DNA of 41,542 nucleotides from Candidatus Aenigmatarchaeota archaeon (GCA_043824495.1 JBDRSV010000029.1:1-41542); one strand, 5' to 3'; shown: positions 25,824-34,417, numbered from the stretch's first letter. Made by a program: numbers and translations. The notes: a model not told the origin generated them from the sequence alone.

Positions 25824-26855
25824 ATGGCTAAACAAGAAAAAATATTGATACTTTGTGTGGATAGGGATGATGATATAGGTAGAAAAACCTCTTTCAAAGG
25901 TCCTATAGTAGGCAAAGAAAACATAAAGAAATGTGCAACTGATCTGGGTATGTCTGATCCTACTGATTCTGATGTAAATGCACTATTCGAGACAATTCGT
26001 GTGTATAATGAAATGAAAGATAAGAAGAATCTAGAATTGGCAGTTCTTACAGGACACAGGAACGTTGGAATAGAATCTGACAGAATAATATCAAAGCAAT
26101 TTGATAAGGTTATTGATAAGTTCAAAGCCGATTATGTTGTCCTTGTAACAGACGGAGTAGAAGATGAGAATGTTATGCCTATAATACAGTCAAAGGTTCC
26201 TATTTTATCAGTTAAAAGGGTTATAGTGAAACAATCAGAACAATTAGAATCTGGCTACTACAAGATCAAAGATTTCATAAATGAGTCTCTTGACAACCCA
26301 AAATTCTCAAGACTTGTGTTTGGTTTGCCAGCTATCATACTTATCCTACTAGGTCTATTTGGCACAGAGGCCGTTAGAATAATTATAGGTCTCATAGGTA
26401 TCTACTTATTCGTCAAGGGATTCAAGCTTGAGGAGTATGTAACAGGTGCAGTTGAAGAGCTTCAATCATCTTTCAGTAGAAGAAGATTTGCTTTCTTCAT
26501 GTATGTGGTAGCTATTGTATTCACTGTATTAGGTTTCTTCAGGGGTTATGATGGTGGTCTAGGTTTCGTAAATCTAGGTGTATTCGAAATAACTGCTGGA
26601 TTTGTATCATCCTCTATATACATGTTCTTTATAGCTGGGACAGCTCTTTGGATAGGTAGAAATGTGAGTATAGGAAAGAGAACAACAGGAAGAGTAGTTG
26701 CTGTACCTGTGTTTGGTCTAGCTATATCTTTAGTCATATTCAACGCATCTGAGCTTATAATAAAACCACAATTATCCATATTCGATTTTATACTATCTAT
26801 AATAGTAGGATTCGCACTTCTGATAATAGCACTGGTAATAGAATGGAGAAGTTAG
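25824..26855 (+). CDS. DUF373-family archaeal membrane protein
   Basis: LILCVDRDDDIGRK, DPTDSDVNALF, VTDGVEDE, RVIVKQSEQLESGYY, followed by TMs. Confidence 0.92.
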   Translation: MAKQEKILILCVDRDDDIGRKTSFKGPIVGKENIKKCATDLGMSDPTDSDVNALFETIRVYNEMKDKKNLELAVLTGHRNVGIESDRIISKQFDKVIDKFKADYVVLVTDGVEDENVMPIIQSKVPILSVKRVIVKQSEQLESGYYKIKDFINESLDNPKFSRLVFGLPAIILILLGLFGTEAVRIIIGLIGIYLFVKGFKLEEYVTGAVEELQSSFSRRRFAFFMYVVAIVFTVLGFFRGYDGGLGFVNLGVFEITAGFVSSSIYMFFIAGTALWIGRNVSIGKRTTGRVVAVPVFGLAISLVIFNASELIIKPQLSIFDFILSIIVGFALLIIALVIEWRS

Positions 26856-27079
26856 AAGTAAACTGGAACTACTGTAAAATCTTCTAGAACATATCTTTTA
26901 CCCATTGGTGGTATTCTAATCTCATCACCTGTAGACATATTCATTCCGCCTATTTTCACATATCTCCTATCATGTGATAATCCTGTGTTTAGCCTACCTA
27001 TATGTGCATAATAAGCTGCTTGGTCTCCATTATATTGTTGTAAGTTTGCCCAGTTTATTGGTGTTAATTCTTCGTCCAT
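26852..27079 (-). CDS. Hypothetical protein (75 aa)
   Basis: AGGTGA SD before MDEELT; operon-like with the next gene. Confidence 0.6.
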   Translation of the reverse strand: MDEELTPINWANLQQYNGDQAAYYAHIGRLNTGLSHDRRYVKIGGMNMSTGDEIRIPPMGKRYVLEDFTVVPVYF

Positions 27080-27089
27080 AACTCTCACC

Positions 27090-27374
27090 TTAGAAGTATT
27101 TTCTCGAGAAGTTTCTTATAACTAGTACTTGAGGGTTAAAGTCGAGTTGATCGATCCAAATTGGGGTCTTTATTCTGTATTTTCTAGCCCCTATTTCAAG
27201 TTCATCTCCGTTTTCTAGAGGAACACCACTAAAACTCACACTATGGCCCTCTCCATTATTTCCTATATACACGTCTAACTTACCAGTGGCACAACCACCT
27301 AGACCTAGTGCGGTCCTTCCTTGATATCTTCTCAATCCTCTAGCGGTTATTTTTGATACTCTTCCAGTGCTCAT
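27090..27374 (-). CDS. Hypothetical protein (94 aa)
   Basis: GGAGTGAGG SD before MSTGRV. Confidence 0.6.
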   Translation of the reverse strand: MSTGRVSKITARGLRRYQGRTALGLGGCATGKLDVYIGNNGEGHSVSFSGVPLENGDELEIGARKYRIKTPIWIDQLDFNPQVLVIRNFSRKYF

Positions 27375-27399
27375 AATCCTCACTCCGGGTTTTTGAACT

Positions 27400-27660
27400 C
27401 ACTTTGTGATATCTCCTATTACTTTTGGTCATTTATAAAACAATTCCTTGATCCAAAACTCTCAAACTTGAGAAAAACTCTCACTTTTGGAGAAATTTAC
27501 GTGTTTACTATGATATATATTTCCTAAAAGATAAACTAGAACATATAGAAAATAATAGAACTAATTAAATATATCTAATAGAATATATATAATACTACAT
27601 GACTCATGGAAAAAATAGATAGTTTTATATAATATCATGTTAAAAGTATATTGAAACAAA
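27400..27660. other. AT-rich intergenic region with repeated motifs (flank A)
   Basis: aaaactctca at 27455 and 27474, tatgatata at 27509, several tagaa units, atatatctaatagaa at 27569-27583. Confidence 0.6.
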
Positions 27661-27672
27661 GTGAGGGTTGCT

Positions 27673-27990
27673 ATGAATAAGAACGTACTAGAAGACTTGT
27701 TTTTAAGAGAAAAACCTGCAAAAATATTGTTAGGATTGAAAACATCAAAAGAATCTGTTTACGCTACCACGCTTTCTAAAGAGGCTAATTGTACTTATTC
27801 TCACACAATCAAGATATTAGATATGTTCAACAAGCTTGGTATAGTCAAATTTGATAAGCAAGGTAGAATAAAGAGAGTTACGCTTACAGATGATGGCTGG
27901 GATATAGCTCATAACTTAGAGGCTATGATTAAGAAATTAACACAGATAGAGGAAAATGTAGATAGATCTAAGAGAACCAAGAAAAAATGA
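27673..27990 (+). CDS. Winged-helix DNA-binding protein
   Basis: FLREKPAKIL, YATTLSKEANCTYSHTIKIL, FDKQGRIKRVTLTDDG wing. Confidence 0.85.
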   Translation: MNKNVLEDLFLREKPAKILLGLKTSKESVYATTLSKEANCTYSHTIKILDMFNKLGIVKFDKQGRIKRVTLTDDGWDIAHNLEAMIKKLTQIEENVDRSKRTKKK

Positions 27991-28021
27991 GTGGAGTGAG
28001 AGTTAAACCCGGACATTAGTT

Positions 28022-28231
28022 TTGATATACATGTATACACAAGACAGGCTAATGAAAATAATGAAGAAGGATGTCCTCCTATTTGTTATAGGGTTCAGTC
28101 TATTATTCTCGTCTGTTACTTATAGTTTTGTGGATACTAGTATTTCTCTTGATCATTTCCTAATAGCTGTCATATTCTTCATAGGGGCTATTTTCATTCA
28201 GGCATTCAAAGATGTAAAATACATAAGATAA
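28022..28231 (+). CDS. Small two-TM membrane protein (start uncertain)
   Basis: Two hydrophobic segments. Confidence 0.5.
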   Translation: MIYMYTQDRLMKIMKKDVLLFVIGFSLLFSSVTYSFVDTSISLDHFLIAVIFFIGAIFIQAFKDVKYIR

Positions 28232-29137
28232 TCAATGTGCTCCACAGCACTTTTTGTGTTTTAGTCCACTTCCACACGGACATGAATCATTTCTTCCTAC
28301 CTTTTCAGTAGATCTTCTGTATGTAGTGCCCTTAGATTTTGTGGATCGTAATTCGGAAGCAGCTACAGAAGTACTTCTTGCAGCATTACCTCTAATCATG
28401 GCTAAAGTAGCAGCAGAATTTGTTGCAGAAACAGTACCATTAGGAACCAAATTCATGGTATAATCAATATCTGTTATATTAAACGCTTCCATGTATCTCT
28501 CTTGAAGACGGTTTGTGCACATGTTCTCTATGAGACCTTGAAGGTATTGTGCTTCTTTAAAGAATTCCAATCTTGCTCTTAATTGTATCTCTCTCTCAAT
28601 TTGAGTTCTACCCATTACTGGTTGCATCCTATTGTTTAATAGACTGCCTGTTATCCGAATTTCTCTAAAAGACAAGTCACAAAGATCTTTAAGCTCTTCT
28701 TCTCTTTCATGTGTCAGAGAAACTCCTTGCATGCAATGAAGTGATTTCCAAAATTCTTCTGTTTGTGCATCACCTTCCATACCAGGAACATTAGACTCTA
28801 TAAGCATAGCTTCTGGATAAGATCTGCATACAGTGTATTGTTTTGAGTCATGTACAGAACATCTTTGGTATACCGTATCTAAATTAGTACAAGGAACTTT
28901 AGATTTTGGAACAGGTATGCTCCAATCAAGATCTTCAGGGTCAGGAAAATACATCCATCCGTCACAAAATTCATCAAAGGCTTCGGGTATACTCAAATCT
29001 CTATCTTCTTTTACTTTTGCATATACACATGCTCTGTAAAGATCAGGAAGAGTAACAGGAATACCTAAATTTGCATGTGTACAGCATTCGACACAGTTTA
29101 CCACATCACACCTAAATGTTTTGTATTCTTCTACCAT
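28232..29137 (-). CDS. YkgJ-like CxxCxxCC protein with C-terminal SEC-C motif
   Basis: CVNCVECC-type N-terminal cluster ([10 protein letters not shown]), PC...[34 protein letters not shown]. Confidence 0.85.
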   Translation of the reverse strand: MVEEYKTFRCDVVNCVECCTHANLGIPVTLPDLYRACVYAKVKEDRDLSIPEAFDEFCDGWMYFPDPEDLDWSIPVPKSKVPCTNLDTVYQRCSVHDSKQYTVCRSYPEAMLIESNVPGMEGDAQTEEFWKSLHCMQGVSLTHEREEELKDLCDLSFREIRITGSLLNNRMQPVMGRTQIEREIQLRARLEFFKEAQYLQGLIENMCTNRLQERYMEAFNITDIDYTMNLVPNGTVSATNSAATLAMIRGNAARSTSVAASELRSTKSKGTTYRRSTEKVGRNDSCPCGSGLKHKKCCGAH

Positions 29138-29326
29138 AAACAAGAATTAATAGAAAACTTAAAGAACCCTGTTTTTAGGTACATTTCTCCCCCAGACCCC
29201 ATATTCCATTGTGAAAACTACCGGAAAAACCCATTTTATATCGTGAGGTTTACTTTATGATATAATGACAACTAAAATGTCGTGTAATGTAAACTATATA
29301 TGTGAGTAAAGTAAACTAGTAGTTAG

Positions 29327-29968
29327 GTGGCTAAATTGGCAGAATTTTCATCAGAAACCATGAGTGACAAGAAAGGGTATTTAACAAAAGATCAAGTTGA
29401 TAGACTTTTGAATGCTGCTGGGAATCTAAGAGACAGACTTCTTTTACAACTTATGTATAGGTGTGGAAGACGTGTTTCTGAAGTTTTACTCCTCAAAAAA
29501 GAGGACATTTTGTGGGATGATAAGATGATCATTTTTACCATTTTGAAGAGAAAGAAACCAATAAAGGAATTAAAACCAGTAGATGAGGGCACTATGAAGC
29601 TTCTAGATTTGTATGTAAATGAGAATATACAAATGCATGGACTGAGGAAAAAAATGGAAGATGGTAGGCTTTTTCCAATAACAAGACAATATGTATTCAA
29701 GCTTATGCGTAAACTGGGAGACAAAACTGGAATAATTCAAGTAGGTAAAACCAAACTACACCCACATCATTTAAGACATAGTTTTGCTATTCATGCTGTC
29801 AGAACCAGTGTTAAATCAACTGAAGATTTGAGTAAACTACAAAGATATATGGGTCATGCTAATATATCTACAACTGCTCATTATTTACAATTTTCACCAA
29901 GTGAACAGCGGAGCATAATAACGGACATGTGGGAAAAAAAGAAAGATAAAAATGAATCAAAAAAATGA
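29327..29968 (+). CDS. Tyrosine recombinase (Xer/Fim-like), catalytic domain only, full active-site set
   Basis: LRDRLLLQLMYRCGRRVSEV (Arg), LK, HPHHLRHSFA (HxxR), MGHANISTTAHY (His, Tyr). Confidence 0.94.
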   Translation: MAKLAEFSSETMSDKKGYLTKDQVDRLLNAAGNLRDRLLLQLMYRCGRRVSEVLLLKKEDILWDDKMIIFTILKRKKPIKELKPVDEGTMKLLDLYVNENIQMHGLRKKMEDGRLFPITRQYVFKLMRKLGDKTGIIQVGKTKLHPHHLRHSFAIHAVRTSVKSTEDLSKLQRYMGHANISTTAHYLQFSPSEQRSIITDMWEKKKDKNESKK

Positions 29969-30134
29969 ATTATGGATCTTGAAACCAGAACGTAGAGACT
30001 ATATTTTTTATAAAATTAAAAGGGATAAAAACTGGAATAAAATAATAAATTTCCACACATCAAGAGAGCTTAAAGTAACAGGAAAACAAATACAGAGAGC
30101 ATTTGATAATGCGTTTAGGGAGTTGGAATCTTGA
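29952..30134 (+). CDS. 60-aa basic protein overlapping both recombinase genes
   Basis: Overlaps the first recombinase by 17 nt and the second via TTGA. Confidence 0.6.
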   Translation: MNQKNELWILKPERRDYIFYKIKRDKNWNKIINFHTSRELKVTGKQIQRAFDNAFRELES

Positions 30135-30601
30135 GTTTAGCAGATCTGATGGATACTGATTTTGGGAAGAAAGAGGAAACAAAAAGAATTCTTACACCCA
30201 TTGAGATAGCTAAATTATTTCAGTCCGCTGAGGGAAAACCAAGAGACTGCATGCTTATTAAGTGTTTGTATTATTTTGGTTTGAGTAATTCTGAAGTACA
30301 AAACTTGAAGAAAGATGATATAAGTTTCCAGGAAATGAAAGTGAGAGTTGTGAAAGGAGAGAAAAAAAGAGCTCGATATATAGCGATTCCAGAAGGATTT
30401 GGAAATGAATTGGAAAGTTTTGTGTCTGATAGCGGAGAATATGTGTTCTCTGGAAGATCTAAAGGTTTACTAAGTGATAGACATATTCGTAGACTAGTTA
30501 AATCGTATGCATGCGAAGCTGGTTTGCGTGATGGGTCCGAAATTAATCCTCACTCTCTGAGAAATTCTTATTTGTCTCATGTGAGGAATTTAGGGAAATG
30601 A
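30131..30601 (+). CDS. Catalytically dead tyrosine-recombinase paralogue
   Basis: RDCMLIKCLYYFGLSNSEV (Arg replaced by Ser at 30284), VVKGEKKR, INPHSLRNSY, stop before the box II His/Tyr. Confidence 0.85.
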   Translation: MSLADLMDTDFGKKEETKRILTPIEIAKLFQSAEGKPRDCMLIKCLYYFGLSNSEVQNLKKDDISFQEMKVRVVKGEKKRARYIAIPEGFGNELESFVSDSGEYVFSGRSKGLLSDRHIRRLVKSYACEAGLRDGSEINPHSLRNSYLSHVRNLGK

Positions 30602-30605
30602 TATA

Positions 30606-30641
30606 TTCTACTAGATATATATTTTGATATATCTAATAGAA
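30606..30641. other. dif-like tyrosine-recombinase core site (15-bp arms, 6-bp spacer)
   Basis: ttctactagatatat-attttg-atatatctaatagaa; arms are 14/15 inverted complements. Confidence 0.72.
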
Positions 30642-30838
30642 AGAATCTATTATATAATATATTCTGAGAAATATATACTAGACAAGTTAAATTAGAAAAC
30701 TCTCACCAAATTTCTATGATATAAAAGTGAGAATTCACACGTGAGTGTAGAGAGCGGACATAAAACGTCATCAAGGCGAGCTGATTCATCCTATATAAAT
30801 GTAATTACTAATAATGAAGCCAAAGAACGCTAGAGAAA

Positions 30839-32056
30839 GTGGTAGAAAGTGAGGATTTTATGCCAACAGATCAAGTCATCAGTCCTGAATGGTCAAGAAA
30901 GGATAGATTATCATTAGATCTTTGTAGAACCATAGAACGCGAAGAGGATCTTATAGAATATGCTATGCGGTTAGCAACGGATTATCATGGTGATGACACA
31001 AGAACCAATGGTAGTAGTTGGAAAGGATATCTAAGAGAGTTGGTGGGTATGTACAGTTCTTTCCTTGCTTTAGGAGAAGAAAGAGAATCTTATCCAGGAG
31101 TTACGAGATATGGTAAAACACCTGTATCTAAAGAGGACAAGTATAGAAGAAATGAAGCAATAGCAGCTGCTTGGCTATCTGAGATTGATCCAGAAAAGAT
31201 ACCAACATATAGCTCATATGATTTTGGAAGAGTAGTAAAGGCTCTGAGAGACAGGTCATTTGGGCGCGATGTAACCATCAATCGTTTACTAAGACCAACT
31301 TTTAAACCATCACGAACAAGTAGACATGTTTCATATATAGTTGGTAGAACAAAATATAGTGAGTCTAATGATTCATATTCTAATTATTCTGATTTTATAA
31401 CACGATTGTTTGAATTAAAAGAAGATGGTACACTGGTTAAACTTTTGGGGAGAGAAGAGCAGATAGAAGATTTGACTATTCTAGCTGCCATATTGAAATT
31501 GACTTCCAGGTTGAAAAACACATTTCCTAAGGAACCTTTTGATGATACTAGATTTTCCTCTGAATATAATGGTATGGGGGATGCGTCGTCTAGTGCATTG
31601 GCAGAATTCTATATACATCATGGATTACTAGAGGTGTTTGCAGCTCAAAATAATTTTAGACCAAATGTCCAAACTTTTCTTGAAGCCAAGAGAAAACAGT
31701 TTAATGGTGCAAGGCTTGCCAATGCGATCGATGATATGTCTTTTTACTTCATTTTAGCTGAAGATTTGGTCCTACGTCTACCTGATGACAGATTAATAAA
31801 AAGAGAAGATGTAAAGCGTGAATTAACATGTGGTTATGAAAATGCTCTTGCTGTCACAGAAGAGTTGTGGACAGATTTGAGTGGTGTTGGAGAAGGTCCT
31901 GATTTTAGTGTAGATGATTTCATAGATCATGTATTACCAAATATGGGAGCAAATAAAGACAGAGATCCTGAAAAATCTAGAGATAGAATATTACCAACGC
32001 TTATGAGAAGTAGAACAAAGACAAAAAGAATTGTAACCGTGGCAACAGGTAAATAA
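30839..32056 (+). CDS. Hypothetical protein with degenerate RelA/SpoT-type HD domain (start may be ATG 30860)
   Basis: YHGDDTRTNG, EAIAAAWLSEID, FGRDV and LKLTSRLKN align by eye with H-x-G-Q-x-R, AAALLHD, FG..V and IKLADRLHN. Confidence 0.6.
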   Translation: MVESEDFMPTDQVISPEWSRKDRLSLDLCRTIEREEDLIEYAMRLATDYHGDDTRTNGSSWKGYLRELVGMYSSFLALGEERESYPGVTRYGKTPVSKEDKYRRNEAIAAAWLSEIDPEKIPTYSSYDFGRVVKALRDRSFGRDVTINRLLRPTFKPSRTSRHVSYIVGRTKYSESNDSYSNYSDFITRLFELKEDGTLVKLLGREEQIEDLTILAAILKLTSRLKNTFPKEPFDDTRFSSEYNGMGDASSSALAEFYIHHGLLEVFAAQNNFRPNVQTFLEAKRKQFNGARLANAIDDMSFYFILAEDLVLRLPDDRLIKREDVKRELTCGYENALAVTEELWTDLSGVGEGPDFSVDDFIDHVLPNMGANKDRDPEKSRDRILPTLMRSRTKTKRIVTVATGK

Positions 32057-32101
32057 TTGGCAGAGGAAAACAATATATCCTCCCAGAGAGAATAATAACA
32101 T

Positions 32102-32302
32102 ATGGAACGTCCTGATTTTAGTCAGAAAATTGCTTTTTTTACATTGAAAGAATTGATACTGTTAATGGCTGCTTTTTTGTTTCTAGGTGTGGTAATAGGT
32201 GCTCTTATCTCTGGTTTCGCAAGCAGATATGTAATCTGGTTATTCATAATATTCATAATTCTTATGATAAAACCTGTACACAAATGGCGTAAGGTGACGT
32301 AA
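32102..32302 (+). CDS. Small two-TM membrane protein
   Basis: Hydrophobic segments; abuts the macrodomain gene. Confidence 0.65.
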   Translation: MERPDFSQKIAFFTLKELILLMAAFLFLGVVIGALISGFASRYVIWLFIIFIILMIKPVHKWRKVT

Positions 32303-32779
32303 ATGATTTCTGTGGAAAGAGGAGATATAACACATATACAAGCAGATGCACTTGTAAATCCATCTAATTCGTATGGTTTAATGGGTGGTGGTGTAGCTTT
32401 GGTGATTAAGCAAGTTGGTGGCCAGGAAATAGAAGATGAGGCTGTGAAAAAAGTTCCTATACATGTTGGTTTCGCTGTGGAAACGACTGGAGGTCAACTA
32501 CCAGTTAAGTATGTGATTCACTCGTCCACCATGGAAGAGCCAGCTCAAAGAATAAGCACGGAAAACGTGGAAAAGGCCATGTTTGCAGCCCTAGAACTCG
32601 CGAAAAAGCTAGGTATCAAGAAACTCACAGTTCCTGGGCTAGGAACTGGGGTTGGTAGAGTGAATCCAGAAGACGCAGCTAAAACCATGGTACAGGAAGC
32701 TCGTAAATTCCCTGATCTGGACGTAGTTCTGGTAGCTCATGGTGATGATTTAGAAAAGGCTTTCAAGGAGGCGATATAA
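32303..32779 (+). CDS. Macrodomain (ADP-ribose binding/hydrolase) protein
   Basis: GDIT, DALVNPSN...MGGGVA, VIHS, PGLGTGVG. Confidence 0.94.
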   Translation: MISVERGDITHIQADALVNPSNSYGLMGGGVALVIKQVGGQEIEDEAVKKVPIHVGFAVETTGGQLPVKYVIHSSTMEEPAQRISTENVEKAMFAALELAKKLGIKKLTVPGLGTGVGRVNPEDAAKTMVQEARKFPDLDVVLVAHGDDLEKAFKEAI

Positions 32780-32865
32780 TGGGAGTAAAATATGCATTAT
32801 TCATCTTGTTTTTCATGGTAGTAATGGCTTTTATTGTAATGTTTATGTTGAGTAGAGTATTCTAA
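32779..32865 (+). CDS. 28-aa single-TM microprotein
   Basis: TAATG overlap with the macro stop, AAGGAGG SD; MGVKYALFILFFMVVMAFIVMFMLSRVF. Confidence 0.55.
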   Translation: MGVKYALFILFFMVVMAFIVMFMLSRVF

Positions 32866-32896
32866 ACTACTTAAATTTTCGATCTAAAAAACAGTT

Positions 32897-33469
32897 ATGG
32901 CAAATAGAGATATTTACACACCTCAGGGTAAGCTTGGAGATATACAGAAGAAACCAAATCTTGATGTTCTGATGAACTTATTCAAGATACCAAGAGTGTA
33001 CTCTGTTACTGGTTTTGGTGACTGGTCAGTTGGTCATCATTCAATTTGTTCTGCGTTCATTTCTCTATATTGGGCGAAATTTGTTAGTCTAACTACAGAA
33101 CAAAGATATGAATTATCTGTGAATTTACTTGTTCATGATCTACACGAATCAGTCACAGGAGACATACTTCCACACTTCAAAGTAGAAGAAATAAAGACAT
33201 GGTTGAATAAAATACAACAAGATTTCTTAGATAGCTTGCATATAGAGAAACTACCAGAAGAAATGAGAAAACATTTGAAACTTGTTGATATGATCGCTTT
33301 CTTATATGAGATCAAAAATTCTTCTGTTAAAAACAAGAGTCAGGAGAACTTGTTGCATGAATTCTATTTGGAGAGAAAAGAAGATGTAATCAAATACGCA
33401 CGAGAAAACCTCAGTTTAGAAAAAGATAAAATAATAGAATTCTTGAAAACTATAAATGCAGAATGGTAA
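32897..33469 (+). CDS. YfbR-like HD-domain phosphohydrolase (5'-deoxynucleotidase type)
   Basis: IPR...WSVGHHS, LLVHDLHESVTGDI, KLVD. Confidence 0.82.
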   Translation: MANRDIYTPQGKLGDIQKKPNLDVLMNLFKIPRVYSVTGFGDWSVGHHSICSAFISLYWAKFVSLTTEQRYELSVNLLVHDLHESVTGDILPHFKVEEIKTWLNKIQQDFLDSLHIEKLPEEMRKHLKLVDMIAFLYEIKNSSVKNKSQENLLHEFYLERKEDVIKYARENLSLEKDKIIEFLKTINAEW

Positions 33470-34402
33470 CTACTCTAAACCAAGAAGCAGCATCATGACT
33501 ATTATTCCCATTATGAGTGCAACTAATTGGAGGAATGATCTACTTGCTTTTACTTCTTTGTGCAGTTCTGGTATTAGATCAGAACCAGCTATGTAGATGA
33601 ATCCACCAGCTGCTATAGGAACCAAGAAAAGAGCAATATTTTCAATAAATGATCCGATAATCAAAGCTACAATAGCTCCTATAATTGCTGTTAAGGCTGT
33701 TAAGAAATTGAGACATATAGCTTTCTTTTTGGAAAACCCTCCATGTATCAGTACACCAAAATCTCCAATTTCTTGTGGTATTTCATGAAGTATTACAGCA
33801 ATTGTGGTTGCTATTCCGACAGGGAAACTGACTATAAAGCTTGCAGCTATGATTAAACCATCTATGAAATTGTGTACAGCATCACCCATCAAGTTCATGT
33901 AAGCAAATGGGTGTACATGGTCTTTCTCATTTGGTAAGTGACAGTGTCTCCAATGCACAAGTTTTTCCACTACAAAAAACAGGATTATTCCTCCAAGTAA
34001 GTAAATAGAAATTTGTATAGTGAATCCAAATTCTCCTACGATTTCTGGAAGTAAATGTATGAAAGCATCTCCCAGCAATGCTCCTGCTGAGAAGCTAACC
34101 AAATAAATTAGAATGCTTTTCAATTTTTGTGTTTTCATGGAGAGCGCTGCTACTCCAACAAGAGAGATTAGACTGACAATTATGACTGCAAGAATAGTAA
34201 AAATCCAGATATCTGCACCAATCTCACTAGTCATGTCAAAATTAGGGATGTGATTATGTCCTTCATGTTCGTGATCTTGTGCAGTAATAATTTCTAACTC
34301 GTTACTGCTGTGTTCTTCAGGTTCTACGTGATCAAGATGAGCACTTGCACTGCCTATTGTAAACACCAAAATTACCAAAAGAATTGGAATTATTTTTTTC
34401 AT
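33470..34402 (-). CDS. ZIP-family metal transporter with His-rich N-terminal extension
   Basis: SFSAGALLGDAFIHLLPE, GDAVHNFIDG, LHEIPQEIGDF, AAGGFIYIAGSDLIPEL; signal peptide followed by HEHEGHNH. Confidence 0.95.
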   Translation of the reverse strand: MKKIIPILLVILVFTIGSASAHLDHVEPEEHSSNELEIITAQDHEHEGHNHIPNFDMTSEIGADIWIFTILAVIIVSLISLVGVAALSMKTQKLKSILIYLVSFSAGALLGDAFIHLLPEIVGEFGFTIQISIYLLGGIILFFVVEKLVHWRHCHLPNEKDHVHPFAYMNLMGDAVHNFIDGLIIAASFIVSFPVGIATTIAVILHEIPQEIGDFGVLIHGGFSKKKAICLNFLTALTAIIGAIVALIIGSFIENIALFLVPIAAGGFIYIAGSDLIPELHKEVKASRSFLQLVALIMGIIVMMLLLGLE

Positions 34403-34417
34403 TGAACTCTTATTAGA

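Noticed and set aside
10176-26779. Numerous short opposite-strand ORFs in the track overlapping housekeeping genes
   Set aside because: Shadow ORFs with no motifs.
27385-28013. Imperfect inverted repeat gtgag..aaacccgga flanking the wHTH gene (possible invertible segment)
   Set aside because: Only 9 bp exact plus an SD-like GTGAG; too weak, though inversion reads would be easy to check.
29327-30601. Prophage or integrated element built on the recombinases
   Set aside because: No viral, replication or conjugation genes, and no tRNA att site adjacent.
30131-30660. Second recombinase truncated by a simple frameshift
   Set aside because: I see no box II (H...Y) coding remnant after the stop, which runs straight into the inverted repeat, and the box I Arg is independently lost.
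27400-30750. CRISPR array or IS ends in the AT-rich repeats
   Set aside because: No regular repeat-spacer periodicity, cas gene or transposase.
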